From a virus (Duplodnaviria; Caudoviricetes), in IMG/VR virus record IMGVR_UViG_3300025621_001306, positions 1 to 64,000 of that record: 64,000 nt of DNA; one strand, written 5' to 3'. The position numbers and the translations under genes are program-made. The notes beneath the pieces were generated by a model that saw nothing but the letters and a program-made list of their open reading frames with translations, was not told the origin of the DNA and did no database searches. This document shows, one piece after another, positions 30,283-40,211 of the stretch (position 1 is the stretch's first letter; every line of letters starts with the position of its first letter).

Positions 30283-31999
30283 TATTCTTCTTTATTTGGG
30301 TGTATTTATTGGAATAGAAATCACTAATAGCTTCGTCTAGATCAGTAGGCCTAGCTAAAGGATTCTTATACATTGATATCTCTCTAATAAGTAGTTCGGA
30401 AATATGAAGAGACAATAAGAATGGAGAATTCTCTTCGTAGAATCTTTTGAATTTAGGATTGCCGTTGTTGATTAATATGGTGAAGTCAGATATGTCATCA
30501 ACCTTAGACATTGATTTAGATTCTTCCTCTCCAAAATCAATAATTCTATACCTTAGCCTTTTTGATTGTTTTAATTTTTGGTTTTTGTATTTATTCCAGA
30601 GGGGAGGTATATTATTTTCAGGCTCTGGATCTTCCGGTTCTGGCTCTTCCGGTTCTGGCTCTTCCGGTTCTGGCTCAAAAACCCATTCTTTATCAATTGT
30701 GAGCTCTGCGAATTTTTCCAACTCTTTTCTTTCTTTCTCTTCTTTTTTCTCATCTTCTGTTAGTTCTTCTTCTTCGTCGTCCTCCTCTTCTTCAGTGTCC
30801 CATAAATCAGAAAAGTCTTCGTCTTCAAAATATTCAGCAAGCATGCTTGATACCTCGTTAGCAAGAGCGTCAAGGATGTTCATTTTTTCTTCGGAGTTCA
30901 ATTTGATATATTCAACGATCCACTCGAGTAGAACTTTATAAACTCTTTCGTAAAAAGGGTTCGTTATGGGGTGGTCACTCCTTAACCCATGATGAGAAAG
31001 ATCTTTGGCTGGCATTCCAGTACTATCCATAACTTCAGAGAGGTCATCGCAAGAAATAAAACCAATCAACTTATTAAACACATCATAAATTTTATCTTTA
31101 TCTTTTATTTCTTCTTTGTTTTTTTCTTCCAACCATTCTAGTGTTGATTCTAGTAAGTCTTGGTCGGACAAGTTAAGCGAGCAGATTTTAACCTTTGATA
31201 TTATTTCAATGTTTTTTAATGGATGGTTTTTAATTAAGCCGCGATTATAAATTAATGATAATCTAAATTCGATATTGCTGGTGCGCTTTTCGCCGTAGTA
31301 GTCGTATTCAAATTCGCGCCTAATAATAGGAATATTAGAGCCAGGAAGTTTGTATGAAAAGTCTAAACTTTCCCCATTAAGGATTAGGTCGAATTTCTTA
31401 CCTTCTTTTTCAAGCTGCGGCAAAAGGAAGCCAAAGAAAGTGCAAAGCTCATTTTTAATTTGACCAGAAGGCCAGCCCTCTTTTTGTATATGGTCTTTTA
31501 GGGTTGCAATAGTTATCTTTGTTCCAGACTCTGTGAGTATAGAGCATTCTTCTGGGCTTATTTCAGTAAGCTCAGGAGAATAATCGTTCAAAAATTCGAC
31601 GCCAGAAGGCTTGTATTCAACAATAAAGCATTTGCCGTGGATATTCTTTGTTTCAATGATCCAATGTATATCAATCTCGTTGGAGAGTTTGTCGTTTGCA
31701 AGTTTGCCACCTATTCCCATTTGACCAAGCTTCACGCCTTTACCGCCAGTCATATCGTAGGAATTTCCAAAGACAAAGTATTTCTCAAAACCACTCATGC
31801 CGTTTTCATCTTTTTCATGATCAAAGCCTTGGCCGTCGTCGATTATAGTTGCGCATGCATCGTTAAAATCAATGCGGCAAAATGTAGAGAAATTTTGTAT
31901 CGAGTTTTTTACAAGCTCAGTAAAGGCTTGAGGTATGTTTACTGTTGATTGAAGCAAGCGACTAAGGTTTGCTCCTGTTTGTATTTTTATTTGTTCCAT
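30275..31999 (-). CDS. GHKL ATPase (MORC/Hsp90-like) with acidic and Pro-Glu linker
   Basis: ELVKNS, DDGQG, GQMGIGG, GTKI (Bergerat-fold motifs). Confidence 0.8.
   Translation of the reverse strand: MEQIKIQTGANLSRLLQSTVNIPQAFTELVKNSIQNFSTFCRIDFNDACATIIDDGQGFDHEKDENGMSGFEKYFVFGNSYDMTGGKGVKLGQMGIGGKLANDKLSNEIDIHWIIETKNIHGKCFIVEYKPSGVEFLNDYSPELTEISPEECSILTESGTKITIATLKDHIQKEGWPSGQIKNELCTFFGFLLPQLEKEGKKFDLILNGESLDFSYKLPGSNIPIIRREFEYDYYGEKRTSNIEFRLSLIYNRGLIKNHPLKNIEIISKVKICSLNLSDQDLLESTLEWLEEKNKEEIKDKDKIYDVFNKLIGFISCDDLSEVMDSTGMPAKDLSHHGLRSDHPITNPFYERVYKVLLEWIVEYIKLNSEEKMNILDALANEVSSMLAEYFEDEDFSDLWDTEEEEDDEEEELTEDEKKEEKERKELEKFAELTIDKEWVFEPEPEEPEPEEPEPEDPEPENNIPPLWNKYKNQKLKQSKRLRYRIIDFGEEESKSMSKVDDISDFTILINNGNPKFKRFYEENSPFLLSLHISELLIREISMYKNPLARPTDLDEAISDFYSNKYTQIKKNSE
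30621..30676 (-). repeat. 15-bp tandem repeat (~3.7 copies) encoding EPEPE/D
   Basis: GGTTCTGGCTCTTCC units on the + strand. Confidence 0.85.
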
Positions 32000-32051
32000 G
32001 ATATATTATACACCTAAAAAACGATTACTTGAGCGCTGTCTTTGGCCTATG

Positions 32052-32774
32052 TTAATTTACTGTTGAGTTTAAGTTATATAAATATTGTATAGCACCGCTA
32101 AAGCTACTCAAACCTATGCCGTTTTGGCCTTTATTGCTTCCTTTGTAGAATTTAGCGCGCGATGCAACAAATAAGTCAATAACTGCATCTTCTAGGCTTG
32201 AAGATCTTTCTAGTTTATCCTGTGGGGACCATTCTTTTTTAAAAGGTTTATTAAGAAAAATTCTTTCGCCGTATTTTTCTAGAAAAGTTTCTTGGGTAGA
32301 TTTTTGATCACAGGCTAAGTAAATTTTAAGATCAGGATGCTTATCAATAAATTCAAAAAAATCTGAATTTGATGCAAGCCCTGGCATATCAGTCCTGCGG
32401 ACATGTAAGGAAATAAAATCGCCTAGTTTATTAACTATTGAATCTATTTTATCTTGAAGCTTTACTATAGGTTTAAATAGAGAATAATCTTTGTAATATT
32501 TTGAAGGCCAATACCCGTCGATCATGTTCCAGGAGTTTTTACCTTTTGGGTGTTCGCCTTTTATCCCCTTAAAGTCATTTTCAAGAAAAACAACATCATC
32601 AATTTCTTTGAACACTTCAGAAAAATTTCCAGGACATTGATCATTTTTCCTCCATAGACACAAAAGTTTCTTGTTGTTGTCCCCTGCATAATTAAGGTAG
32701 CTGATAATCAAATACATTCTAACGCATAGTCCTGGTTGAATTAGATTTAGTGTGATATAGTTTTCAGTATTCAT
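32052..32774 (-). CDS. O-fucosyltransferase/NodZ-like GT-B
   Basis: GLCVRM, LHVRRTD, IYLACD, AVIDLF...SSFS. Confidence 0.68.
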   Translation of the reverse strand: MNTENYITLNLIQPGLCVRMYLIISYLNYAGDNNKKLLCLWRKNDQCPGNFSEVFKEIDDVVFLENDFKGIKGEHPKGKNSWNMIDGYWPSKYYKDYSLFKPIVKLQDKIDSIVNKLGDFISLHVRRTDMPGLASNSDFFEFIDKHPDLKIYLACDQKSTQETFLEKYGERIFLNKPFKKEWSPQDKLERSSSLEDAVIDLFVASRAKFYKGSNKGQNGIGLSSFSGAIQYLYNLNSTVN

Positions 32775-33240
32775 TTATATATAGAAGTTCTGTTCTGTTT
32801 TGTTTTATAAATTTAGCTTTATCCTTCATGAATAATTCTATGTCTTTTTTGTTTTGTTTAAAATTTTTTGTTTTTACTGGGTTAATAGCTATACAGAAAT
32901 GTTTGATTGTATACTTGGAAAAATCGATAGACTCTAAAACTTCAAGCGAGATGTCAGGGTCAAGTATTGATAAGAAGTCAATAGATGTTGATGAATCGGA
33001 TAGAGATTTGTAAACTTTATGCCCCAAATACTTTTTCCCGACAAATACGTTTGAGTCTTTTGTGTTTTTGAATGGGCTGATTTCGACACATGTCAAATGT
33101 TTTGCAAAGTTTGTTTCGCGCAAAAACCAACGATCACTTAGCCATTTACTTGTTGAATTGACAACTTCGCCGCTATCAAGGTTTATTAAATTAATAATAT
33201 GCTTATTTGGGCCTTCAAGATGTGAGATTAAATTTTCCAT
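32764..33240 (-). CDS. Degenerate FkbM-like methyltransferase fold protein
   Basis: IDFLSI...LEVLESIDFSKY.I...CI resembles the FkbM C-terminus; no SAM-binding motif evident. Confidence 0.4.
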   Translation of the reverse strand: MENLISHLEGPNKHIINLINLDSGEVVNSTSKWLSDRWFLRETNFAKHLTCVEISPFKNTKDSNVFVGKKYLGHKVYKSLSDSSTSIDFLSILDPDISLEVLESIDFSKYTIKHFCIAINPVKTKNFKQNKKDIELFMKDKAKFIKQNRTELLYINEY

Positions 33241-33953
33241 AGTCCTCTATCTATAAATGATTGTTTTTTATGCTCGGCTTCTTTTCTTGTGTTTGGATGC
33301 CAGACGTATGTTTCTTCTTCTATTGGACCGCGCTTGACTAGGGGCTTTGATAGCCCAAGTAATGAGACGTTTAAGTCATTGGTAATGATTAACTCATCTC
33401 CATTGTCGAGCGGGCTAATTGATGGATTATTGCTCAATAAGAATTCATTGAAGTTTTTCTGATCTGAGCCCTTGACCTCTCTAGTGTTAAGGAATTTATC
33501 TAGATAGTTGATTGTGTTTTTATTGCTTCGAAAAAATATCCAGCCCATGCAGCATGTAAATCCAAAAGCTTCGCGAACCTCTGGTGGGAATGCTCCTTTA
33601 TGCCTAACCGTTGATACAATAATATCTTGACTGTTTGATTCGATCAATTCAGGTATAGGGTTTTTGAGCCAAAGCGCATCAGTGTCTGAATGAATAATGT
33701 CACAACCTTCTTCTAAGTACTTTTTAAATATCAAGGTGCGGCGCATGGTATGCTTGCAGCCAGAAATCCAGTCACCATTAAATTCATCTAGAACTCTTGA
33801 GTGGCAGCCGTGGGATTTTAAATATTCGTCAGATTCAGAATCGAGACATAAAACTTCGTAATTATCTATGGACAAAGCTTCTAAGTGCTTGACCCAGTTT
33901 AATGCTATTTCTCTGTAAGGATAGTTGCAGAATGATATAATTTTAAGGTTCAT
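33228..33953 (-). CDS. Nucleotide-diphospho-sugar transferase (GT77-like)
   Basis: ALNW..HL, HSDTDALWLKNP, CMGW, DQ..FN; start at ATG 33953 (ATGA overlap). Confidence 0.75.
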   Translation of the reverse strand: MNLKIISFCNYPYREIALNWVKHLEALSIDNYEVLCLDSESDEYLKSHGCHSRVLDEFNGDWISGCKHTMRRTLIFKKYLEEGCDIIHSDTDALWLKNPIPELIESNSQDIIVSTVRHKGAFPPEVREAFGFTCCMGWIFFRSNKNTINYLDKFLNTREVKGSDQKNFNEFLLSNNPSISPLDNGDELIITNDLNVSLLGLSKPLVKRGPIEEETYVWHPNTRKEAEHKKQSFIDRGLWKI

Positions 33954-34831
33954 CTTTGGTCCCATGTAAATAAATCTAAACCTAATATGTCTTCTTCTGA
34001 ATCGATGAAGTTTTGTTTTGTTTGCGGCTTTGCTATAAAATTATAATCTTGTAAATACTGGGCTTTTTTAGCCATTGATTTATCTTCTGCGTATTTCATT
34101 TTTTGTTTGCCGTGGTGTTCTATTGAAATTTTTGCATTTTTATTAACTTTATAATGATAGAAGCAAAGTTCTTCTTGACTTATATTTACACTAGTTCTGT
34201 TTTTACTGGGAGGGAAGTGGGGCGAGTTTTTGTATATCAAGTTTGCGTTTTGAGCATTGAATATATATTTAGGGCCAACTCTTGAGAATTTATCTAAGCA
34301 TTTTGTCTTCTGCGCTACCAAGTCGCCGACATGAACAAACACAGATTCAAAAAACTTACAACCTAATAATAAAATATCTTGTTTATTTTCGTTTAAAAAG
34401 CTTTTGATGTTGTGATGTTTATTGCTGTAATAAAATTCATCGCAATCTATAGTTGATACTCTGTCGTGTTTTTTGGCATAATTTTTATAGAAATGATTAA
34501 AAGCCGTGGCTTGTTCGTAAGCATGAATTTGATGGTGCTCTAGGTAGTTACCGTTTTTATCCTTTGGTAACCATTTGATAAAAGTGCAGTAATCTTTATA
34601 CCTTTCCCTAATTTCATCGTAGTATTTATAAATACGACTGTACGGAATATCGCCAACTAAGGGTATATCTATTTGCCTTTTTGTATCTTTTGCTAGGCAA
34701 GGTATTCCCGAATGAGAACTTTCATAAAAATAAAAATGATCTACGCCGAAATCAATATGATACTTCAACCATTCCTCAAAATGAAAAAGATTGGGCCTGA
34801 AGAACAAATGAGTGAATATGCAAAATTTCAT
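33950..34831 (-). CDS. GT92-like glycosyltransferase
   Basis: EWLKYH...GVDHFYFY, IDCDEF, late HY. Confidence 0.7.
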   Translation of the reverse strand: MKFCIFTHLFFRPNLFHFEEWLKYHIDFGVDHFYFYESSHSGIPCLAKDTKRQIDIPLVGDIPYSRIYKYYDEIRERYKDYCTFIKWLPKDKNGNYLEHHQIHAYEQATAFNHFYKNYAKKHDRVSTIDCDEFYYSNKHHNIKSFLNENKQDILLLGCKFFESVFVHVGDLVAQKTKCLDKFSRVGPKYIFNAQNANLIYKNSPHFPPSKNRTSVNISQEELCFYHYKVNKNAKISIEHHGKQKMKYAEDKSMAKKAQYLQDYNFIAKPQTKQNFIDSEEDILGLDLFTWDQR

Positions 34832-35466
34832 TTGTCGTAATTAAATAATTCAAAATCTTTTTTGTAATAATTATACATCTTATCTTTTAACTCACTCGAC
34901 CATATGGCTTCTTTTTTGAACGTCTTTGAATTATATGCATGGGGTAGGTCGAACTGATTTATGCCAATACTAGACCAGGCCTCATTGAGATCTTCGTGAA
35001 GGTTTTCAAATCGACCAATAAAATCACAAGTAAATTCAGGCTTTATTGTGTCTGTAAAATAATGACCGCCATTTAAATGAGGGAAGAATTCAAACTGTGG
35101 CAGCGTATGGTATTCGTCGTATTCGCTCCATAAGTTTTTATTGTTTTTGCGGTAATCGATGTCAGTAGTTAGTAGAACATATTCCTCGAACGATACTGAT
35201 CTTTCTTTATTATAGAATGGTAGGCCGCCTTCTTTTTCGAATTTTAACTCGCCCCATTTCCATGCAGATACGAAGCGGTCATATGGATTACGAACAACAG
35301 AGAAGACATAATAGTCCAAGTGCTCGTTTAAAAAATGAGAAAAGCCACGTTTTCTTGGAACTTTTTGGGGTATATCTATGTCGGCTCCAGATAAAAGCCG
35401 CTCAATTGAAGTGCCGGCAGCTTTAGGGATATGAAGGAAGATGCATTTATACCTGTGACTAATCAT
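34828..35466 (-). CDS. Sulfotransferase family 2 protein
   Basis: HIPKAAGTS, VRNPYDRFVS. Confidence 0.85.
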   Translation of the reverse strand: MISHRYKCIFLHIPKAAGTSIERLLSGADIDIPQKVPRKRGFSHFLNEHLDYYVFSVVRNPYDRFVSAWKWGELKFEKEGGLPFYNKERSVSFEEYVLLTTDIDYRKNNKNLWSEYDEYHTLPQFEFFPHLNGGHYFTDTIKPEFTCDFIGRFENLHEDLNEAWSSIGINQFDLPHAYNSKTFKKEAIWSSELKDKMYNYYKKDFELFNYDK

Positions 35467-36330
35467 TTAATAACACTTCTCCTGGAAATTTATATGAAAA
35501 TTTGGCACGCCTTTGTATAAGCAGAACTCATTAAATCGACTAAAGTTCTTGAATAGAAAATTAGTCTCCTGTAGTAAATAGAAATCAACAAGAGCTTCTT
35601 TGGCTATTTTTGTCTTGCCGTAAACTTCTTCTAATTTTAACTGCTCCTCTGTTGAGCCTTCACCTATTTCGTGACCGGTGCCGCAACCTGGAGGGGCAAA
35701 ATACCTATCTATTGAAACGGTATTTGGGAACTGATCCTTGAATATGTCTACGAATTTGCTCGAGTCAGAAGCTATAAAAAATTTATAATCCTTGCAGGAT
35801 TTCAAAAAAGCACGAGGAGCGTTAAAGAGTATATCGTCGATCTTTTCTTTATAAAACAATACAGCGTCTTTCATTGGGCGAGCCCCTTCAAATCGACTCT
35901 TAACTTCTCCATTCGACATTCTAGCGTGAACTCCGACCATGTAATTACCTTTGAATTTTTCGCGCACTATATCTTTGACGGTGTTAGTCACCGATTCACT
36001 GGGCTTAATGCGAGAAAAGGTGTTGTAGAATAACTCGGTGTCTTCTTTTGATTTTAAGGGGTTTTTAATTTTTACAGTTTTATTTGTATGTTTTTCTGAA
36101 TCTTTTTTTAATTGGTCTATAGATTCTTCATTAGTTATAATGTTTATATCGGTATCTATGGAGCAGAAGTATTCATTAAATAGGTTTTTTTCACCTTTGC
36201 TAGACCAGTGGCCGCGCAAATCTATAAGCATATCTTGCTTTGAATTCTCGCAATGAATTAATGCATTAGTTAAGTGCCATATGGTGTCGCCCCAGCCAGC
36301 ATCCCAGGAGAAATAATAATACTTGCTCAT
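35467..36330 (-). CDS. NodZ-like alpha-1,6-fucosyltransferase (GT23)
   Basis: GWGD, IDLRG, NLFNEYF, GVHARMSNGE, IASDS, ALVDFYLL. Confidence 0.75.
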   Translation of the reverse strand: MSKYYYFSWDAGWGDTIWHLTNALIHCENSKQDMLIDLRGHWSSKGEKNLFNEYFCSIDTDINIITNEESIDQLKKDSEKHTNKTVKIKNPLKSKEDTELFYNTFSRIKPSESVTNTVKDIVREKFKGNYMVGVHARMSNGEVKSRFEGARPMKDAVLFYKEKIDDILFNAPRAFLKSCKDYKFFIASDSSKFVDIFKDQFPNTVSIDRYFAPPGCGTGHEIGEGSTEEQLKLEEVYGKTKIAKEALVDFYLLQETNFLFKNFSRFNEFCLYKGVPNFHINFQEKCY

Positions 36331-37133
36331 AATATGATTTTTTCACGGCCATATTTATCAAACATTTCTTGATAATTTGGTATTTTATTATAGGCTTTTT
36401 TGCCGAATACTCTTCTGTCTGTGCCCAAGAAGTTTTCTACATTATTTTCATCTATCTCGATGTCTAGGTAGTCTACTATCGAGTTGAATTTCTCTAGCCT
36501 TTCTTGGTATGTTTCTAGTCCGTATAGGTCTTCATATTTAGAGACAAGACTGTTTCGCGGAAGTAGGGAGTGGTAGTGAGGGATGTATTTTTTGTACCAG
36601 GCGGTTCTTCTTTTTATGGGGGGCTCTTCTAATTCTTGATAATCAAAAGAATCCACTGTAGACTTATGCTCTTTGTTTTCTCCTAGCTGCCAAATTTGCA
36701 CTTGGTTGGCGAGTTGCCATGAAACGGCAGGGTCAAAAGCACTTTCTCGATATTGGAAAATTATTTTTATACCATGCGCTTGACAGTAGGAGAGGAAGTT
36801 TTCATTTCCTTCTTCTGAGGATGTACACCATACATGTTTTACCCCGTCAAAGGTATTAAACAGAGAGTCTAGGAAACTCCAGAGTCTTTCATAATCTTCA
36901 GCTATATTGTTAAATTTATTAAAGTATGGAATGTTTTTAGATTCAGGTAAGTTATTAGGATCCATCTTGTGATCCTTAATTATTTGGGAATACCTAGGGT
37001 TGTGCTCAAGATCTCCTGTGAGTGAAGATAATGGCTCGTGCACTATTCTGTCATTTTTATTCAACGCAGAAATTAAACTGGTTGTTCCAGCCCGCTCCTG
37101 ACCAAATATAACAAATTTAGAATCCATAACCAA
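36327..37133 (-). CDS. P-loop sulfotransferase (Stf0/family-3-like)
   Basis: GQERAGTT, HEP, R......AVS, YEDL. Confidence 0.7.
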   Translation of the reverse strand: MVMDSKFVIFGQERAGTTSLISALNKNDRIVHEPLSSLTGDLEHNPRYSQIIKDHKMDPNNLPESKNIPYFNKFNNIAEDYERLWSFLDSLFNTFDGVKHVWCTSSEEGNENFLSYCQAHGIKIIFQYRESAFDPAVSWQLANQVQIWQLGENKEHKSTVDSFDYQELEEPPIKRRTAWYKKYIPHYHSLLPRNSLVSKYEDLYGLETYQERLEKFNSIVDYLDIEIDENNVENFLGTDRRVFGKKAYNKIPNYQEMFDKYGREKIIL

Positions 37134-37806
37134 AGTAATCTAAATCACGAATGAAGTGATCTTCTATATATTCACGACTGTAATCAGAGTAGTAATCTCT
37201 GTAACTATTTTTCTTTTTGTATTCGGAGCTGCTATTCTTTCGCCAGTCATCGAACCCAGAGGAGCTACTGAAGCCAAAAACATCTTTTAATGCATCAAGA
37301 CATCCTTCTATGTTTTCCATTTTATAAAACTTATCAATAGCAATATCTCCATTAATTTTTATGCGGTCAACATAGTTTTCATAGTATCCAGCGTGAAATT
37401 TTAAAATAGCTTTTTCTTCGTAGGCGTATTTAATAAAACCATCAAAATCATCAGACATGTAATACTGGTGAAATTTCTGAACATAAGGCATCATTGGTGA
37501 TTCTATATTGTTTTCAACAAAATAATCGAACTTCCATCCGCCAAGATAAGAAAACATTGATACGACTCTATCAAATGGATTACGAACAACTGTGAACTTG
37601 AAGTAATCTTCGTAATCTGGCACATCTTGCGCGATAGCATTAAGAGCTCTTTCGCAGGTCACGTGATATTTGTCGTCATAATCCTGCTGGTTTTGATTCT
37701 TTGCATAATCTGACTCTATATTGGAAAGCAAATAATGCTTTACAAAAGTTCCTGCAGACTTGGGCATGTGAACGTATATAAATTTATGTTCGTGACTATA
37801 CATCAA
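37117..37806 (-). CDS. Sulfotransferase family 2 protein
   Basis: HMPKSAGT, VRNPFDRVVS. Confidence 0.85.
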   Translation of the reverse strand: MMYSHEHKFIYVHMPKSAGTFVKHYLLSNIESDYAKNQNQQDYDDKYHVTCERALNAIAQDVPDYEDYFKFTVVRNPFDRVVSMFSYLGGWKFDYFVENNIESPMMPYVQKFHQYYMSDDFDGFIKYAYEEKAILKFHAGYYENYVDRIKINGDIAIDKFYKMENIEGCLDALKDVFGFSSSSGFDDWRKNSSSEYKKKNSYRDYYSDYSREYIEDHFIRDLDYFGYGF

Positions 37807-38647
37807 TTCTATCCATTACTTCTGGGTTGCTTAGGTTGTCCAGGAGGAATTGCTTTCCGTCCTCTCCGCATAAATGGCACAGATTAAAAGATTTATTGTC
37901 TTCTCCTTTTTGAAAACAAGCTTGGTAATTTGCGTTCCACACCCAATCTAATGGTTTGTGCTCTTTAAGTATATCTGTTTTTGTGTATGCGTATGCATAT
38001 AAATCTTGATCAATAAAATCTTTTCTCTCTCCTAGTACTTCTAGAACTGGATTATCTATCAACCCATGATGCTTTAAGAAGTCAACAAAGCTGTATTGGT
38101 CGGGCAGTACCTTTGTCATTTTCCGTACAACTTCTCGCCCCATAACGTAACATCCTAAATTTAAATTGTATTTTGGTATATCCCTGTTGGTTTTTTCATT
38201 ATGCCAGTATACATTTTCATCTTCTGGTATGCTTTTTAGGTATTTCTTAAGGAAGATTTCATTCTTCTGAACAACTGCTGGGTGAAATCCATAACCCATG
38301 ACGAAATCGTTTTCTTCGTAAGTTTCAAAAATGTCCGTAGCGTCTTTGCTAACGACCATATCTAGATCAAGAAGCGCAAACTTATCATAGCTAGTCTTCA
38401 TGAATTCATGCAAGAATAAAATCTTAATGAAGGTGCTCTTCTGGTAGAAGCTGAAGTTGTAATCATCTATTTCTTTGAATGCAGGGAAGTCATTCATTGA
38501 GATAATCTTAAGATCACAGTTTATCTTTGACGCGTATCTTTCTAGCGACTTTAAACAGTGCGGTACCCAAGCGACATCTTGATAGCCTGGATTTGCGAAA
38601 TCCGTATCAGACGGTAGGTTGTTGATAATATATATTACGTTACTCAT
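37796..38647 (-). CDS. GT-A glycosyltransferase (GT34/GT8-like)
   Basis: LERYA, LLDLDMVV, NLGCY, DQD, WN, late His. Confidence 0.62.
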   Translation of the reverse strand: MSNVIYIINNLPSDTDFANPGYQDVAWVPHCLKSLERYASKINCDLKIISMNDFPAFKEIDDYNFSFYQKSTFIKILFLHEFMKTSYDKFALLDLDMVVSKDATDIFETYEENDFVMGYGFHPAVVQKNEIFLKKYLKSIPEDENVYWHNEKTNRDIPKYNLNLGCYVMGREVVRKMTKVLPDQYSFVDFLKHHGLIDNPVLEVLGERKDFIDQDLYAYAYTKTDILKEHKPLDWVWNANYQACFQKGEDNKSFNLCHLCGEDGKQFLLDNLSNPEVMDRIDV

Positions 38648-39573
38648 ACTATGGTTATTTCTAAATCTTCGTCAAGCAAGCCCCAGTTGTCTGGGTTTGG
38701 GTTATCTATCATTTTATTTCTGATATCCAGGTCATTGGTCTTGCGCTCCCCTTCTTGTTGTGCGTGAGGCTGCGTGGTATCGTTGGATGCTCCTTCGGAT
38801 CTGTCATGATTTTGATGGTAAAAATCAGCATCTATTGATAAACATAAATTATATATATCTTCTTTCGCCGCAATACGATTAAGGAACTCTGTATCCATGC
38901 TATTCATGTAAACCAGCTTTTCATTAAAGCCTTTGTGTTCAAGGTAGCATTCCCTGTCAACCATCATAACACCAACTGCACCGCCATAAAAAGGAAAAAC
39001 TTTTCCGTTTGGCATTAATCGGCTATAGTGGTTATGCTCGTGACAAATATCAACCTTCATGGATAATTGTTGATCGTATATATAATCCCTAAAAACAGAA
39101 TGATGAGATTGGTCTTCACTTAAATTTCTACGACTACAAAACGCCGCTCTTGGCCAACTCCAACCATAATCTTTAACTTCATACTCATGGTAAAACCAAT
39201 TCATGAACCTTTGACCTATTAAAGTGTCTTGGTCAATTCTCGCAAAATGTTTACCCTCCATGTTTCTGAATCCAACATTCATTGCGTGAACCTCTGAGAA
39301 TGGAGAGTCTCCCTGGTGCCTGTCAGCTATCTCAGGTGACACGGTAACTATTTTAAGTAGACCTTTAGCTTCTGGGACTAATCTAGAAGATATAGACTCC
39401 CTTAAAGAGCCGCTACGAGAGCACCAATCAACCAGTACGACTTCGGATTGATCAACAACATTATTCTTTGCAATGATTTCGCAGGCATGATTAACTGTGT
39501 TAACACAACGGCCAACCGAATCGCCATTGTAATTATCATTTCTGGAAACTAATATGTAAGATATTCTTTTCAT
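38644..39573 (-). CDS. GT2-like glycosyltransferase
   Basis: SRNDNY, VLVDW, NVG, IDQD, GFNE......D, YHQ.H. Confidence 0.65.
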   Translation of the reverse strand: MKRISYILVSRNDNYNGDSVGRCVNTVNHACEIIAKNNVVDQSEVVLVDWCSRSGSLRESISSRLVPEAKGLLKIVTVSPEIADRHQGDSPFSEVHAMNVGFRNMEGKHFARIDQDTLIGQRFMNWFYHEYEVKDYGWSWPRAAFCSRRNLSEDQSHHSVFRDYIYDQQLSMKVDICHEHNHYSRLMPNGKVFPFYGGAVGVMMVDRECYLEHKGFNEKLVYMNSMDTEFLNRIAAKEDIYNLCLSIDADFYHQNHDRSEGASNDTTQPHAQQEGERKTNDLDIRNKMIDNPNPDNWGLLDEDLEITIV

Positions 39574-40211
39574 GATCCTGGAACTAATCTTTTAGAGTTA
39601 AAACAGAAAACGCGATTTTGATTAGGCACTGTAACTTGTATGCCTCCAATTTCTTTTAACATGTTCATGTGCACAGATTCTGGAGTGGATACGTGCTTTT
39701 CAAGATGCTTTAAGCAGTGAAAATTTATACTATTTCTGTATTGTTTATCTATGTTGTGATTGTATGTATTTGGAACTATGTAAAAAATCTTATTCATCCA
39801 GTTAAACACATCATTTAATTTTAAAAGAATATCTTCTGAGTCGGTAACCACAAAGAAATTAGCTTTTCTCGCATTGATTTGAACTTTATTCATTTGCGCG
39901 ATATAAACATTAATATCACTAACTTTGTCGGCCTCGAGAATAACTCCCCAAGTATGCTCGGTAATCCTTTTATTGATTCTTATTATTTCTTCGATAGCTG
40001 TTTCCGGCATGGAGCTAAGGCTATGGATTTCGTTTTCAAATTTGTAAGATTTGTATTCCATTGTTAGTTTTTTTATTTTGTCTTGTTCAGTATAGTATTT
40101 AAGTGATTGTTCGTAGTTTAATTCTCTATCTAGGTATTTTAATATTTGAAGGCTTTTATTTTCGTATGCTGTTTTGGCTTTATTTAGTTTTTTTTTAAAA
40201 TAAGATATCAT
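39570..40211 (-). CDS. Hypothetical protein, possibly a degenerate GT-B (fucosyltransferase-like)
   Basis: 213 aa; FFVVTDS resembles the O-FucT motif. Confidence 0.45.
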   Translation of the reverse strand: MISYFKKKLNKAKTAYENKSLQILKYLDRELNYEQSLKYYTEQDKIKKLTMEYKSYKFENEIHSLSSMPETAIEEIIRINKRITEHTWGVILEADKVSDINVYIAQMNKVQINARKANFFVVTDSEDILLKLNDVFNWMNKIFYIVPNTYNHNIDKQYRNSINFHCLKHLEKHVSTPESVHMNMLKEIGGIQVTVPNQNRVFCFNSKRLVPGS

